The notes under the pieces are model-generated. The model was not told the origin of the DNA. It ran no database searches and was given only the letters and a program-made list of their open reading frames with translations. Shown here one piece after another: positions 10,431 to 20,406 of a DNA stretch of 64,000 bases. The DNA is from an uncultured Actinomycetes bacterium (GTDB lineage Bacteria > Actinomycetota > Thermoleophilia > Gaiellales > Gaiellaceae). A program made the translations under genes and the position numbers. Where the stretch lies: positions 67,137 to 131,136 of the forward strand of contig CAWIKS010000002.1 of the NCBI GenBank assembly GCA_963836685.1, written 5' to 3'. Positions within the stretch are counted from its first letter, which is position 1, and each line of letters opens with the position of its first letter.

Positions 10431-11368
10431 GCCCGCTCGACCGGGCGCTCGAGCTTGCGGAGCGGGGCAGGGGGACGACGCGTCCCAACCCCGTCGTCGG
10501 CGCCGTGGTCGTCTCCGGCGGCGAGATCGTCGGCGAGGGCTGGCACGAGCGGAAGGGCGGGCCGCACGCCGAGGTGGCCGCGCTCGAAGCGGCCGGAGAG
10601 CGGGCGATCGGCGCGACGCTCTTCGTGACCATGGAGCCCTGCAGCCACCACGGCTCGACGCCGCCGTGCACCGAGGCGGTCCTGCGGGCCGGCGTCGCGA
10701 AGGTCGTCGCCGGCTCGCTCGATCCGAACCCGGAGGCGGCGGGCGGCCTCGAGCTGCTGCGCGCGGGCGGCGTCGAGGTCGAGCACGCGGACTCGTTCGG
10801 GGCCCGTGCACAGAACGAGGCGTGGCGGACGTGGATCGCGGCCGGCCGGCCGTTCGTCACCTACAAGGTGGCGGCGACGCTCGACGGCCACGTCGCCGTC
10901 CCCGGCTCGCGGTGGGTCTCCGGCGAGGAGAGCCGGCGGCTGGTCCACGAGCTGCGCGCTGCCGCGGACGCGGTCGCGGTCGGGATGGGAACTGTGCGGG
11001 CGGACGATCCGCGACTGACCGTCCGCGGGGTGGACGCGGCCGTGCAGCCGCGGCGAATCGCGTTCGGCCACGGCCCTCTGCCGGAAGGCTCGGAGCTCGA
11101 GCTTCTCTCCGGCCCGATCGGCGAGGAGCTCCTGCGGCTCGGCTCCGAGGGCGTGCAGTCGATGCTCCTCGAAGGGGGGCCGACGCTCGCGACCGCATTC
11201 TTCGAGCAGGATCTGGTCGACAAGCTGCTCCTCTTCGTCGCGCCGACGCTGGCGGGCGCGGGGCCGACGACACTGGGCGCTCTCCCGTACCCGGTGGAGC
11301 TCCTCCGCTTGAGCGCGCTGTCCGTCGGAGACGACATCCTCCTGAGCGCCTATGTCCACGAGCCCTGA
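10427..11368 (+). CDS. ribD: Bifunctional riboflavin biosynthesis deaminase/reductase
   Basis: 3' part of ORF 9689..11368. Deaminase HAEV...PCSHHG..PPC motif, then a reductase domain. The GTG start overlaps the rpe stop. Confidence 0.9.
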   Translation: MSPLDRALELAERGRGTTRPNPVVGAVVVSGGEIVGEGWHERKGGPHAEVAALEAAGERAIGATLFVTMEPCSHHGSTPPCTEAVLRAGVAKVVAGSLDPNPEAAGGLELLRAGGVEVEHADSFGARAQNEAWRTWIAAGRPFVTYKVAATLDGHVAVPGSRWVSGEESRRLVHELRAAADAVAVGMGTVRADDPRLTVRGVDAAVQPRRIAFGHGPLPEGSELELLSGPIGEELLRLGSEGVQSMLLEGGPTLATAFFEQDLVDKLLLFVAPTLAGAGPTTLGALPYPVELLRLSALSVGDDILLSAYVHEP

Positions 11369-11588
11369 GGACCGCATCGTCGGCCTGCTCTCGCAGTGGC
11401 TGGCCCGCCACCTCGACAACGCACGGCTGCTTGCCGGGCTCGAGGCCGCCGCGCGGAACGGGCTCTCGGCCGAGCAGGCGGAGATCGTCGACGAGCTGCT
11501 GGCCGAGCTGGCGCGCGCGCCGTCGACCGATCGGGGTACGCTCGAGCCCCTGGTCCGCGAGGCGCTCGAGGCGCTGGCGCTCGGCTGA
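11352..11588 (+). CDS. Hypothetical small protein
   Basis: 78-aa ORF overlapping the ribD end by 17 nt. No recognisable domain. Confidence 0.35.
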   Translation: MSTSPEDRIVGLLSQWLARHLDNARLLAGLEAAARNGLSAEQAEIVDELLAELARAPSTDRGTLEPLVREALEALALG

Positions 11589-11591
11589 CCG

Positions 11592-12286
11592 CTACCCGTC
11601 CGGCGAGTAGCGGTACCCGCCGCCTCGCACGGTCACGATCCGGGTCGGGTTACGGGGGTCGCGCTCCACCTTCTGCGGCGGTTCGAGAAGTGCGCCTCGC
11701 AGGTGTGGCCCCCGCCCGTGTGCGCGCTGCGCCAGAGGTGGTGCATCAGCTCCTGCCGGCTGACCGTGCGACCGGGGCTGCCGGTCAGGGCGACCAGCAG
11801 CTTGAACTCGGCCGGGGTCAGGTGCACGGCCCGTGCGTCGACGAGCACTCGGCGCTCGACGAGGTCGATCCGCACCGGCCCGACCACCCGGACCCGAGCG
11901 TCCGCCACCGCCGTCGGATCGGGAATCTCCCGCACGAATCCCTCGACCGCGAGGAGGCCCCCGGAATCGTCGTACACCGCCACCGTGCGCTGTTCCGTCC
12001 AGACCAGGCTGCCGTCCTTTCGCCGGAAGCGCAGGAGGTGCGGCGTCGCGACGCCGCCCATCATCGCCTCGGCCAGCAGCGGCCGGTCGTCGCGGTGGAC
12101 GATCCTCAGCCGCAGCTCGGGGTCGGCGTAGTACTCGGCCGGGGTGTAGCCGCAGATCCGCGTCGCCGCCTCGCTCACGTAGTCGTACCCGGGTTGCGGC
12201 CGGAGGCGGTAGCGGAAGATGATGTGGGCCGCGCGATCGGCCGAGCCGCCGCAGGTCACTGTCGAGATGTTGGGTGTCGCGGGCAC
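11592..12286 (-). CDS. PAS-domain / OmpR-type winged-helix DNA-binding regulator (no receiver domain), one apparent frameshift
   Basis: ORF 11633..12286 gives a PAS-like region (YVSEAATRICGYTPAEY) then LTPAEFKLLVAL. The canonical end RIVTVRGGGYRYSPDG is in the frame of ORF 11592..12536. Shift near 11672. Confidence 0.75.
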
Positions 12287-12444
12287 GCAAACGGGTTCGG
12301 GCGTGGCGGCGCGGGCGGAATGCTACGGGGCGCGGCGGACGGCCGACCAAGTTTTCTGAAGCTTTCTTGAGCCTCCGCAAGGTTCGGTCGTTTCCGTCCG
12401 ATAGCTGGGGCGTTCCCGGCCTCTTCCAAAGGAGACATCCACCG

Positions 12445-13065
12445 ATGCGGCTCTGGCGTAACTCCAACCTGACGACGAAGGTCCTCTTGACCGTCGCCGT
12501 CCTCGCTGTCGCCGGCGGTCTCGCCGGTCTCGGCACCTACGCGACGTGGACGAGTTCCGCGACCGCGAGTCACAGCATCTCGTCCGGCACGATCACGATC
12601 GCGCTCGGTGCGACCGGCGCGGCGACGAACCGGCTGACCGTGAACGCGACGGGCGTCGTCCCTGGCGACACGATCCAGCGCAGCTTCGACCTCTCGAACA
12701 CCGGTACCGCCGACTTCGCGAGCGTCACGCTGACGACGTCGGCGACAACCAGCACCGCCCTCGACACGGACGCGACCGACGGCCTGCAGATGGTGGTCGA
12801 CAAGTGCTCCGTCGCCTGGACGGAGTCCGGGCCTCCGTACACCTACGCGTGCAGCGGTACGACCTCGACCGTTCTGGCCTCGCGGGCCGTGATCGGCTCG
12901 AACCTTGCGCTCGCGAACCTGGCCGACCTGAACACGGCCGGCACGACCGATCACCTTCGGGTGACGCTCACGCTTCCGTCGACCGCCCCGAACGGCCTCC
13001 AGGGGCTGACCTCGACGATCCAGTACGCGTTCACCGGCACCCAGCGCGCCGGCGGCGCCGCCTAG
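12445..13065 (+). CDS. TasA/camelysin-like secreted protein with SipW-type signal peptide (paralogue 1)
   Basis: ATG 12445 is preceded by AAAGGAGA. The N-terminus MRLWRNSNLTTKVLLTVAVLAVAGGLAGLGTYATWTSSATAS...SGTITIALG resembles the TasA/CalY leader. The ORF-track start at 12274 is rejected. Confidence 0.8.
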   Translation: MRLWRNSNLTTKVLLTVAVLAVAGGLAGLGTYATWTSSATASHSISSGTITIALGATGAATNRLTVNATGVVPGDTIQRSFDLSNTGTADFASVTLTTSATTSTALDTDATDGLQMVVDKCSVAWTESGPPYTYACSGTTSTVLASRAVIGSNLALANLADLNTAGTTDHLRVTLTLPSTAPNGLQGLTSTIQYAFTGTQRAGGAA

Positions 13066-13089
13066 CACCACCTCCTCACCTGGCCCCCA

Positions 13090-13125
13090 GCGAGGAGCGC
13101 CCACGGGCGCTCCTCGCGCTTTCTT
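13090..13125 (+). terminator. Intrinsic terminator after the first TasA-like gene
   Basis: 12-bp stem GCGAGGAGCGCC / GGCGCTCCTCGC, loop CACG, followed by GCTTTCTT. Confidence 0.7.
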
Positions 13126-13197
13126 GAAGAAGGAAGAGGATCGCGAGCCGGAGAAATTGCCTGCCCCCGCGCGGATCGCGCGCGTCGAGGTGCGGCG

Positions 13198-13811
13198 ATG
13201 AAGCTGAGAAAGCTCACAACCATCTGGTCTCTCCTCGCCTCCTTCGCGTGCTCGGCGCCGCGGCCGGAGTCGGCGGCCTGGGTACGTTCGCGACGTTCAC
13301 GAGCGCGGCGACCGCGGGTCACTCGATCACGACCGGGTCGGTGACGGTCGCGCTCGGCGCGGCCGGCCCGGCCAACAGGCTCGGGGTCAACGCCACGGGG
13401 GTCGCGCCCGGCGACACGATCCAGCGTGCATTCGACCTCTCCAACTCCGGCTCGCTCACGCTCGCGTCCGTGACCCTGACGACGACCGCGTCGCCGAGCT
13501 CGTTGCTCGACACGGACTCCACGAACGGCCTCCAGATGGTGATCGACAAGTGCTCGGCCGCCTGGACGGAGTCGGGGCCGCCGTACACGTACACCTGCGG
13601 CGGTACGACTTCGACCGTTCTCGCCTCGCGGGCGGTGATCGGATCGAACCTCGCCCTCTCGAACATCACCGACCTGAACACGCCGGCCACGACCGACCAC
13701 CTGCGCCTGACGTTGACCCTCCCCTCCGGCGCCGGCAACACCTTCCAGGGCCTGACCTCGACCGTCACCTACAGCTTCACGGGCATCCAGCGCGCCAGCA
13801 CCAGCCAGTGA
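13198..13811 (+). CDS. TasA/camelysin-like secreted protein (paralogue 2), apparent frameshift in the leader
   Basis: ORF 13248..13811 is collinear with paralogue 1 (GDTIQR.FDLSN.G, GLQMV.DKCS.AWTESGPPYTY). The charged leader MKLRKLTTIWSLLASFA starts at ATG 13198 in another frame. Shift near 13245. Confidence 0.7.
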
Positions 13812-14395
13812 TGCCACCCATCCGGCTCGCATCCGAGGAGAGCGTCGCCCTCGTCGTGGTCCGCGGCCTCTTCGGCGGCATCGTCGTCTTCTCGCTGCTC
13901 GTCCTGCTCCTGCTCGGCGTTCTCCCGCGGACCGGGTGGTACCGGCCGATGACGGTGCTCTCCGGGAGCATGCAGCCGAGCTTCCACGCCGGCGACCTCG
14001 TGATCGTCCGTCCGAAGGCGACCGGGGACGTCCGGGTCGGGGACGTGATCACGTACAACATCCCGGTCGCCGACCACCACGTCGAGAGCCACCGGATCGT
14101 CGACATCCTGCGCCGGTCCGACAACCGGCTCGTCTTTCGCACCAAGGGAGACGCGAACAATGCGGTCGACCCGTGGACGGCCGCGGTCGAGGCGAGACGC
14201 CTGTGGATCGTGTCGTTCTCGTTGCGCTGGTTCGGCTGGCCGATCGTCTGGATGCGCGACCCGCTCGTGCACAAGCTCGCGATCTACGGCGGGGCGGGCT
14301 TGGCGGCGCTGCTCAAGCTGATCTCGATCTGGCGGCCGCGGCGGGCGAAGCAGCAGCCGTCGCCGCAGAGCGCGTCCGATGCGCCGGCCGGGTGA
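13811..14395 (+). CDS. sipW: Signal peptidase I, SipW (archaeal/ER) type
   Basis: 3' part of ORF 13550..14395. One TM helix, then SGSMQPSFHAGDLV and a later TKGDANN motif. The ATG overlaps the upstream stop (TGATG). Confidence 0.85.
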   Translation: MPPIRLASEESVALVVVRGLFGGIVVFSLLVLLLLGVLPRTGWYRPMTVLSGSMQPSFHAGDLVIVRPKATGDVRVGDVITYNIPVADHHVESHRIVDILRRSDNRLVFRTKGDANNAVDPWTAAVEARRLWIVSFSLRWFGWPIVWMRDPLVHKLAIYGGAGLAALLKLISIWRPRRAKQQPSPQSASDAPAG

Positions 14396-15497
14396 GCCCG
14401 GGCGGGCGCCGCTGTGGGCCGCGGTGGCCGGGTCGTTCACCGCGGGGCTCCTCTGCACCTCGATCGCGATCGCGAGCTTCGCCTCGCTGACCAGCTCGGC
14501 GGGGTCGGTGACGACGAAACGCGTGTTTCTCGGCACGAGGACGACGCCGGCCTGGGGCCTCTGGGACAACTCGAACGGCGGCGGCGGCGCCGACAAGACG
14601 GACGTGCTCGGCGAAGTGGACGGGCTGTACGACAAGACGGCCAACTGGGCGAAGACGTTCAGCTCCGGCCGCTACTTCGACTTCGACCTCTCGAGCGGGG
14701 CCCCGGCCGGCGTCGCGGTCACCGCTGCGACGTTCGACCTGACGTACGCCAGCGACGACAACGCTGCCGCCTGCTTCTACTTCGAGGTGCGCCGCGCAAG
14801 CGACGACACGCTGCTCGGCACGCACGGGTCCGCCTCCAACACGGTCGCTTGCGTGTCCGGGCAGACGATGCAGACGATCTCCACCTCGATCGCCGCCCAG
14901 GTACCGAACACCGACGTCGCGAACAACCTTCGCATTCGCGTCTACGTGACCCAGGCGAACGCTCACCCGACGCGAATGGACGCGGGGACGGTCTCCGTGA
15001 CGACGGGCGTCGCGACGCAGACCCTCTCCGACCGGCAGTCGACCGATTCGGCGGACGGCTCGCCGGCGACCACGGTGTGGCCGCTGGCAGCGGGGGGCGA
15101 CTCCGCGTTCTACGTCGCGGCGAACAACTGGCAGAACACCTTCTCGACCACGCGCTGGTTGCAATTCACCTTCCCCGCCGGCCATGTCCCGTCGGGGGCG
15201 ACGATCACGGCGGTGACGCTCGACCACTCGTACGCCTCCAACTCCACCGGCAACACGACCAGCGTCTACTACGACGTCTACAGCGGCGCCACGCTGATCG
15301 GCTCGCACGGCAGCTCCGGCTCGCCCTACTCGTCGGCGACGAGCACGACGTTCGTCACCGATCACGTCCCGCTCTCCGAGGTGACGACGCCGGCGATGGC
15401 GAACGGGCTGATCGTCAAGATGTACGTCAGGAACTCGAACAACAAGAAGTCGAACCACGATCTCGTCGCGCTGAGCGTCACGTACTACGTCGACTAG
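14379..15497 (+). CDS. Secreted protein with SipW-type leader and an internal tandem duplication
   Basis: 372-aa ORF with leader ...IAIASFASLTSSAGS. Two homologous modules of about 120 aa (NWAKTFSSGRYFDFDL... / NWQNTFSTTRWLQFTF...). Confidence 0.7.
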   Translation: MRRPGEPGRAPLWAAVAGSFTAGLLCTSIAIASFASLTSSAGSVTTKRVFLGTRTTPAWGLWDNSNGGGGADKTDVLGEVDGLYDKTANWAKTFSSGRYFDFDLSSGAPAGVAVTAATFDLTYASDDNAAACFYFEVRRASDDTLLGTHGSASNTVACVSGQTMQTISTSIAAQVPNTDVANNLRIRVYVTQANAHPTRMDAGTVSVTTGVATQTLSDRQSTDSADGSPATTVWPLAAGGDSAFYVAANNWQNTFSTTRWLQFTFPAGHVPSGATITAVTLDHSYASNSTGNTTSVYYDVYSGATLIGSHGSSGSPYSSATSTTFVTDHVPLSEVTTPAMANGLIVKMYVRNSNNKKSNHDLVALSVTYYVD

Positions 15498-15506
15498 CCT
15501 TCGGCC

Positions 15507-16091
15507 ATGTTCACCGGACTGGTGCGCGAGGTCGGCACGGTCGTCTCCTTCGAGGACGGCCGGTTGCGGGTCGAGTCGAAGCTGGCGGCATCGATCGGCA
15601 ACTCGGTCTCGGTCGGCGGCTGCTGCCTGACGGTCGTCGACGGCGACCGGCGGACGCTCGCCTTCGACGCCGTGCCGGAGACGCTCGCCCGGACCACGCT
15701 CGGCCGGCTCGAGCCCGGCGCCGGTGTCAACCTCGAGCCGGCCGTCAGGGCCGGTGAGCCCCTCGGAGGGCACTACGTCCAGGGGCACGTCGACGGCGTC
15801 GGCACCGTGCGCTCGGTCGAGCCCGAGGGAGAGGGGCGCCGGGCCTGGTTCGACGCGCCCGCGGAGATCCTTCGCTACTGCGTCGAGAAGGGCTCGGTCG
15901 CGGTCGACGGGGTCTCGCTGACCGTCGCCGAGCTCGACGACGACGGCTTCGCCGTCGCGCTCGTCCCGCACACGCTCTCGGCCACGACCCTCGGCTCCCT
16001 CGCCGCCGGCGACCCGGTCAACCTCGAGGCCGACGTGCTCGCCAAGTACGTGGAGAGGCTCACCTGGCTACGATCTTCGCATGAGCCGTAG
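15507..16091 (+). CDS. ribE: Riboflavin synthase alpha chain
   Basis: 194-aa ORF starting [10 protein letters not shown] with duplicated lumazine-binding repeats. Starts 9 nt after the cassette gene stop. Confidence 0.93.
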   Translation: MFTGLVREVGTVVSFEDGRLRVESKLAASIGNSVSVGGCCLTVVDGDRRTLAFDAVPETLARTTLGRLEPGAGVNLEPAVRAGEPLGGHYVQGHVDGVGTVRSVEPEGEGRRAWFDAPAEILRYCVEKGSVAVDGVSLTVAELDDDGFAVALVPHTLSATTLGSLAAGDPVNLEADVLAKYVERLTWLRSSHEP

Positions 16092-16148
16092 GCTTGACGG
16101 AGGCGCCCGAGAGCGGAGGTGCCGGCTTCGCCGGCACCGGAGCGGCTA

Positions 16149-17400
16149 ATGGCGACGACGGCTGAGCGGCGCACGTTCGCGACGATCGAGGAGGCGCTCG
16201 AGGACTTCCGCGCCGGCAGGTTCGTGGTCGTCGTCGACGACCCGGACCGCGAGAACGAAGGCGATCTGACGATCGCCGCCGAGTTCGCGACGCCGGAGGC
16301 GGTCAACTTCATGGCCACTTACGGGCGGGGGGTGATCTGCCTCTGCCTGACGGAGGCACGCTGCGACGAGCTGCAGCTGCGGACGCTCGCATCGAGTCGG
16401 GAGTCGCGGCTCGGCACCGCCTACACGACCACGATCGACGCGCGCGACGGGATCACGACCGGCGTCTCCGCGGCCGACCGCGCGCACACGATCGCGGTCG
16501 CGATCGACCCGGCGACCGCACCCCACGACCTGATCGAGGGCGGCCACATCCTCCCGCTGCGGGCGCGCGCCGGCGGCGTCCTCCAGCGGGCGGGCCAGAC
16601 CGAGGCGGCGGTCGACCTGGCGCGACTCGCGGGCCTGAACCCCTCGGGTGTCGTCTGCGAGATCATGAACGACGACGGGACGATGGCCCGCGTCCCGGAC
16701 CTGATCGGGTACTGCGCCCGCCACGGTCTGAAGATGATCACCGTCGCAGACCTGATCGAGTACCGGCGCCGGCACGAGAAGCTGGTCGAGCGGATCTCCA
16801 GCGTGCGGCTGCCGACCGCCTACGGCGAGTTCGTCGCCGTCGCCTTCCGGGAGAAGCTGAGCGGGAAGCACCACGTCGCCCTCGTCAAGGGCGAGATCGG
16901 CGAGTCACGAGAACGTGCTCGTCCGCGTCCACTCCGAATGCCTGACGGGCGACGTCTTCCACTCTCTGCGCTGCGACTGCGGCGAGCAGCTCGAGCTCGC
17001 TCTCGCCCAGATCGGTACGGAGGAGCGCGGCGTTCTGCTCTACATGGCGCAGGAGGGTCGGGGAATCGGCCTGCTGAACAAGCTGCGCGCCTACGAGCTG
17101 CAGGAGCGTGGGCTCGACACGGTCGAGGCCAACCTCGAGCTCGGCTTCCCGGCCGACTCGCGCGACTACGGGATCGGTTACCAGATCCTCGCCGACCTGG
17201 GTCTCTCGACGATCCGGCTCCTGACCAACAACCCGAGAAAGATGGAGAGCGCGGTCGCCTACGGGCTTGCCGTGGTCGAGCAGGTGCCGATCGAGGTGCC
17301 GCCGAACGTCGAGAACCTGCGCTACCTACGCGCCAAACGTGAGAAGCTCGGCCACCGGCTCCACCACCAGGACCTCAAGTTCGAGCCGAGCGAAGAGTGA
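16149..17400 (+). CDS. ribBA: Bifunctional DHBP synthase / GTP cyclohydrolase II, one apparent frameshift
   Basis: RibB part is in ORF 16119..17342 (DRENEGDL...). RibA part is in ORF 16915..17400 ([17 protein letters not shown]). Shift near 16905. ATG 16149 preferred as start. Confidence 0.9.
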
Positions 17401-18217
17401 GCGAGCGCGACCACACCGACGAGCCGCAGGACTGGCCGCTCCGCGACTGGTCGACGCGCCTTCGCCCTCCGGGCGGCCCCCAGCCGCTGGAGGACGAGGA
17501 GGCTCCCGAGGCGGAGGCCTTCGGCGGGCCGGAGATCCTCTACGAAGAGGAGGGCGACGAGTCCGAGCTCGTGGAGGTTCCCGCGGAGGAGCCGGCGGAG
17601 CCTGCGGCGGCCGAATCCGAGGAGCCCGACGCGGAGGGAGGCCGGAGTCGGAGCCCGAGCCGGAGCAGGAGCCCGGCGAGGGCGAACCGGCCGTGGCGCC
17701 CGTCGAGGAGCACGCGGAGGGCGAGTTCCGGGTCCCGGGCGGATACTCCGTGCTCGAGGGCGCTCCGAACGGTCACCGCCGCTCGGTCGCGATCGTGGTC
17801 AGCCGCTTCAACGCCGAGATCACGAATCGCATGCTCGACTCGGCGCTCGCCGCCCTGGAGGAGGCGGGGGTGGCCGAGGAGGCGATCCTGGTCATGCCGG
17901 TGCCCGGCGCGTTCGAGCTGCCGATCGCCGCGATGGCGCTCGCGAAGACGAGGCGCTACGCGTGCGTGGTCGCAATCGGGTGCGTGATCCGCGGCGAGAC
18001 TCCGCACTTCGACTTCGTCGCGGGCGAGGCGGCGAGCGGTCTCCAGCTGGCCGGGATCGAGACCGGCGTGCCGGTCTCCTTCGGCGTGCTCACGTGCGAC
18101 ACGCCGGAGCAGGCCGAGGCCAGGGTCGAGCGGGCCGCGTGGGCGGCACGCTCGGCGCTGGAGATGGCGGACGTCTTCGCGCAGCTCCGGACCGCGGCTG
18201 CGGCGGCCAGGCAGTAG
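17397..18217 (+). CDS. ribH: 6,7-dimethyl-8-ribityllumazine synthase with a possible long acidic N-terminal extension (frameshift near 17640)
   Basis: The core [12 protein letters not shown]...GAFELP...G.TPHFDFV is in the frame ending at 18217. The GTG at 17397 overlaps the ribBA stop and opens a D/E/P-rich ORF in another frame. Alternative core start GTG 17750. Confidence 0.8.
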
Positions 18218-18234
18218 CTACACTTCCGGGCCGC

Positions 18235-18423
18235 ATGTCCAAGGTCTGCTCCATCTGCGGGAAGAAGCCGGGCTTCGGCAACCACCGGAGCCACTCGATG
18301 GTGGCGACGAAACGCCGCTTCGACCCGAACCTCCAGCGCGTCCGGATCCTCGTCGGGGGCACACCCCGGCGGGCGTACGTCTGCACCCGCTGCCTGAAGA
18401 GCGGCAAGGTCACGAAGGCCTAG
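18235..18423 (+). CDS. rpmB: 50S ribosomal protein L28
   Basis: [37 protein letters not shown]..., 62 aa. Confidence 0.93.
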   Translation: MSKVCSICGKKPGFGNHRSHSMVATKRRFDPNLQRVRILVGGTPRRAYVCTRCLKSGKVTKA

Positions 18424-18460
18424 CAACCCGGTACCCGCGTCCGAGGTCTAATCTCGCGCG

Positions 18461-18811
18461 GTGCTGTTCGTTCTCGCCACGTCCGACCTCGGGCAGGTCG
18501 CGATCGCCGACGACGCGATCGCCCAGATCGTCGGGCTGACCGCCGCGGAGTGCTACGGCGTCGTCGGGACGACCGCGCCCCGGCGCATCGGCCGGCTCCT
18601 CGCGCGTGACCGGACGACCCGCGGGATCGAGATCGCCGGCGGCGAGGACGGTCTCTCGATCGCGCTGCACGTCGTCGTCGCACACGGCCTCAACCTCGCC
18701 GAAGTGGCCTCCACGGTCCGGAACCGGGTTGCATACGAGGTCGAGCGGATGACCGGGCTGCCGATCGCCGCGGTCCAGGTGCACATCGAGGACGTGAAGG
18801 TGAGCGCGTGA
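18461..18811 (+). CDS. Asp23/Gls24-family alkaline shock protein
   Basis: 116-aa ORF with typical Asp23 pattern (IA..AA.E..GV...V.V.V.D) and the conserved position upstream of the DAK2 gene. Confidence 0.88.
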   Translation: MLFVLATSDLGQVAIADDAIAQIVGLTAAECYGVVGTTAPRRIGRLLARDRTTRGIEIAGGEDGLSIALHVVVAHGLNLAEVASTVRNRVAYEVERMTGLPIAAVQVHIEDVKVSA

Positions 18812-20396
18812 GGGACGTGGAGGCGGTGCGGCGGCTCGCTGGGCCGACCGCGGCCGCGCTCGAGGCGAGCCGGCGGCGGATCGACGACCTGAACGTCTAT
18901 CCGGTTCCGGACGGCGACACGGGTACGAACCTGACCCTGACCGTCCGCGCGGTCAAGGAGGCGCTCGAGCAGCTCGACGAGGACGACCGCGAGCGCCTCG
19001 CCCGCGAGATCGCCCGCGCGGCGCTGATGGGCGCGCGCGGCAACTCGGGCGTGATCCTGTCGCAGATCGTCCGCGGCTTCGCCGACGTGCTCGGCGGGTC
19101 GACCGCGATCGACTCCCCGACGCTGGCGCGCGCCTTCCGGTCGGCGAGCGACGCCGCTTACCGCGCGGTGCGGAAGCCCGTCGAAGGGACGATGCTGACC
19201 GTGATCCGCGAGCTCGCCGAGGAAGCCGAGGCGCGGGCGACTCCCGAGCTCCCCGTCGGGCGAGCTGCTGCGGGTCCTCGTCCACCGGGGCGAGGACGCG
19301 CTCGCGCGCACGCCGCAGCACCTCGAGATCCTGCGCGAGGCCGGCGTCGTCGACGCCGGCGGCGCCGGCCTGCTCGAGCTCGTCCGCGGCCTGGCGTCGG
19401 CCGTCACCGGCGAGGAGCTGCCGGAGGTGCCGCCCGAGCTCGAGGAGGTCGGTTTCGACGCAGTCCATCAGGAGCTCTCGCGCTACCGCTACTGCACGGT
19501 GTTCGTCGTCGAGGGCGAGGGGCTCGACGCCGCGGTGCTCGAGCGCGAGCTCGACCGGCTCGGCGACTCGGTGATGGTCGTCGGCGACGACACTGCCCTG
19601 AAGGCGCACGTGCACACCGACGACCCGGGCGCGGCGCTCAGCCTCGCCGTCGTTCAGGGCATGGTCGAGGGCGTCGAGATCGCGAACATGCACCGCCAGG
19701 CGGAGGAGCGCGAGACCCGGCTGCTCGAGCTCGTTCGCGCACCCCGCGCGAGCGACGTCGTCGCCGTTGTCGCGGGTGCGGGCAACGTCGAGCTCTTCCG
19801 GAGCCTCGGGGCGACCCGGATCGTCGAGGGCGGGCAGTCGATGAACCCGTCGACGGCCGAGATCCTGCGCGCGCTCGACGCCGCCGGAGCTCCGGAAGTC
19901 GTCGTGCTCCCGAACAACCCGAACGTGATCCTCAGCGCCGAGCAGGCGGCCGAGCACGCTGGGAAGCCCACCCGCGTCGTCCCCACCCGGTCGATCCCGG
20001 CGGGGATCGCGGCGATGGTCGCCTACGACCCGGGCCGCTCGGCGGAGGCGAACGCGGCGGAGATGGAGGAGGCGGTGGCCGCCGTCGCGACCGGGGCGGT
20101 GACGACCGCCTCCCGCGACGTCGAGCTGAACGGCCTCTCCGTGAGGAAGGGCGCGTATCTCGGGCTCGCCGACGGCGAGCCGGTCGCGGGCGGCGCCGAC
20201 TTCGAGAAGGTCGCCGGGATCGTGGTCGAGAGCCTGCTCGCCGGATCGAGGACCGTGCTGACCATCCTCACGGGCGACGGGGCTCCATCGCTGAACGGCT
20301 TGCTCGAGCGGCTCGCCGTCGAGCCATCCCGAGGTCGAGATCGAGGTGCAGGAGGGCGGCCAGCCGCACTACCACCTGCTCCTTTCCGCCGAGTAG
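18808..20396 (+). CDS. DAK2-domain protein (YloV/FakA-like), two apparent frameshifts
   Basis: N-terminus DDLNVYPVPDGDTGTNL and GARGNSGVILSQ. The middle is in the frame of ORF 19427..20428. The C-terminus ...PEVEIEVQEGGQPHYHLLLSAE is in a third frame, stop TAG 20394-20396. Shifts near 19250 and near 20325. Confidence 0.85.
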
Positions 20397-20406
20397 AGTC
20401 GGCGGG

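Noticed and set aside
12274-12444. N-terminal extension of the first TasA-like gene, as given by the ORF track
   Set aside because: The extension is Arg-rich and overlaps the start of the divergent regulator. ATG 12445 has a good RBS and yields a proper signal peptide.
10300-16150. FMN riboswitch (RFN element) upstream of rib genes
   Set aside because: ribD overlaps the rpe stop, ribE starts 9 nt after the cassette gene, and ribBA starts about 55 nt after ribE. No untranslated leader is long enough, and no RFN-like conserved stem pattern was seen.
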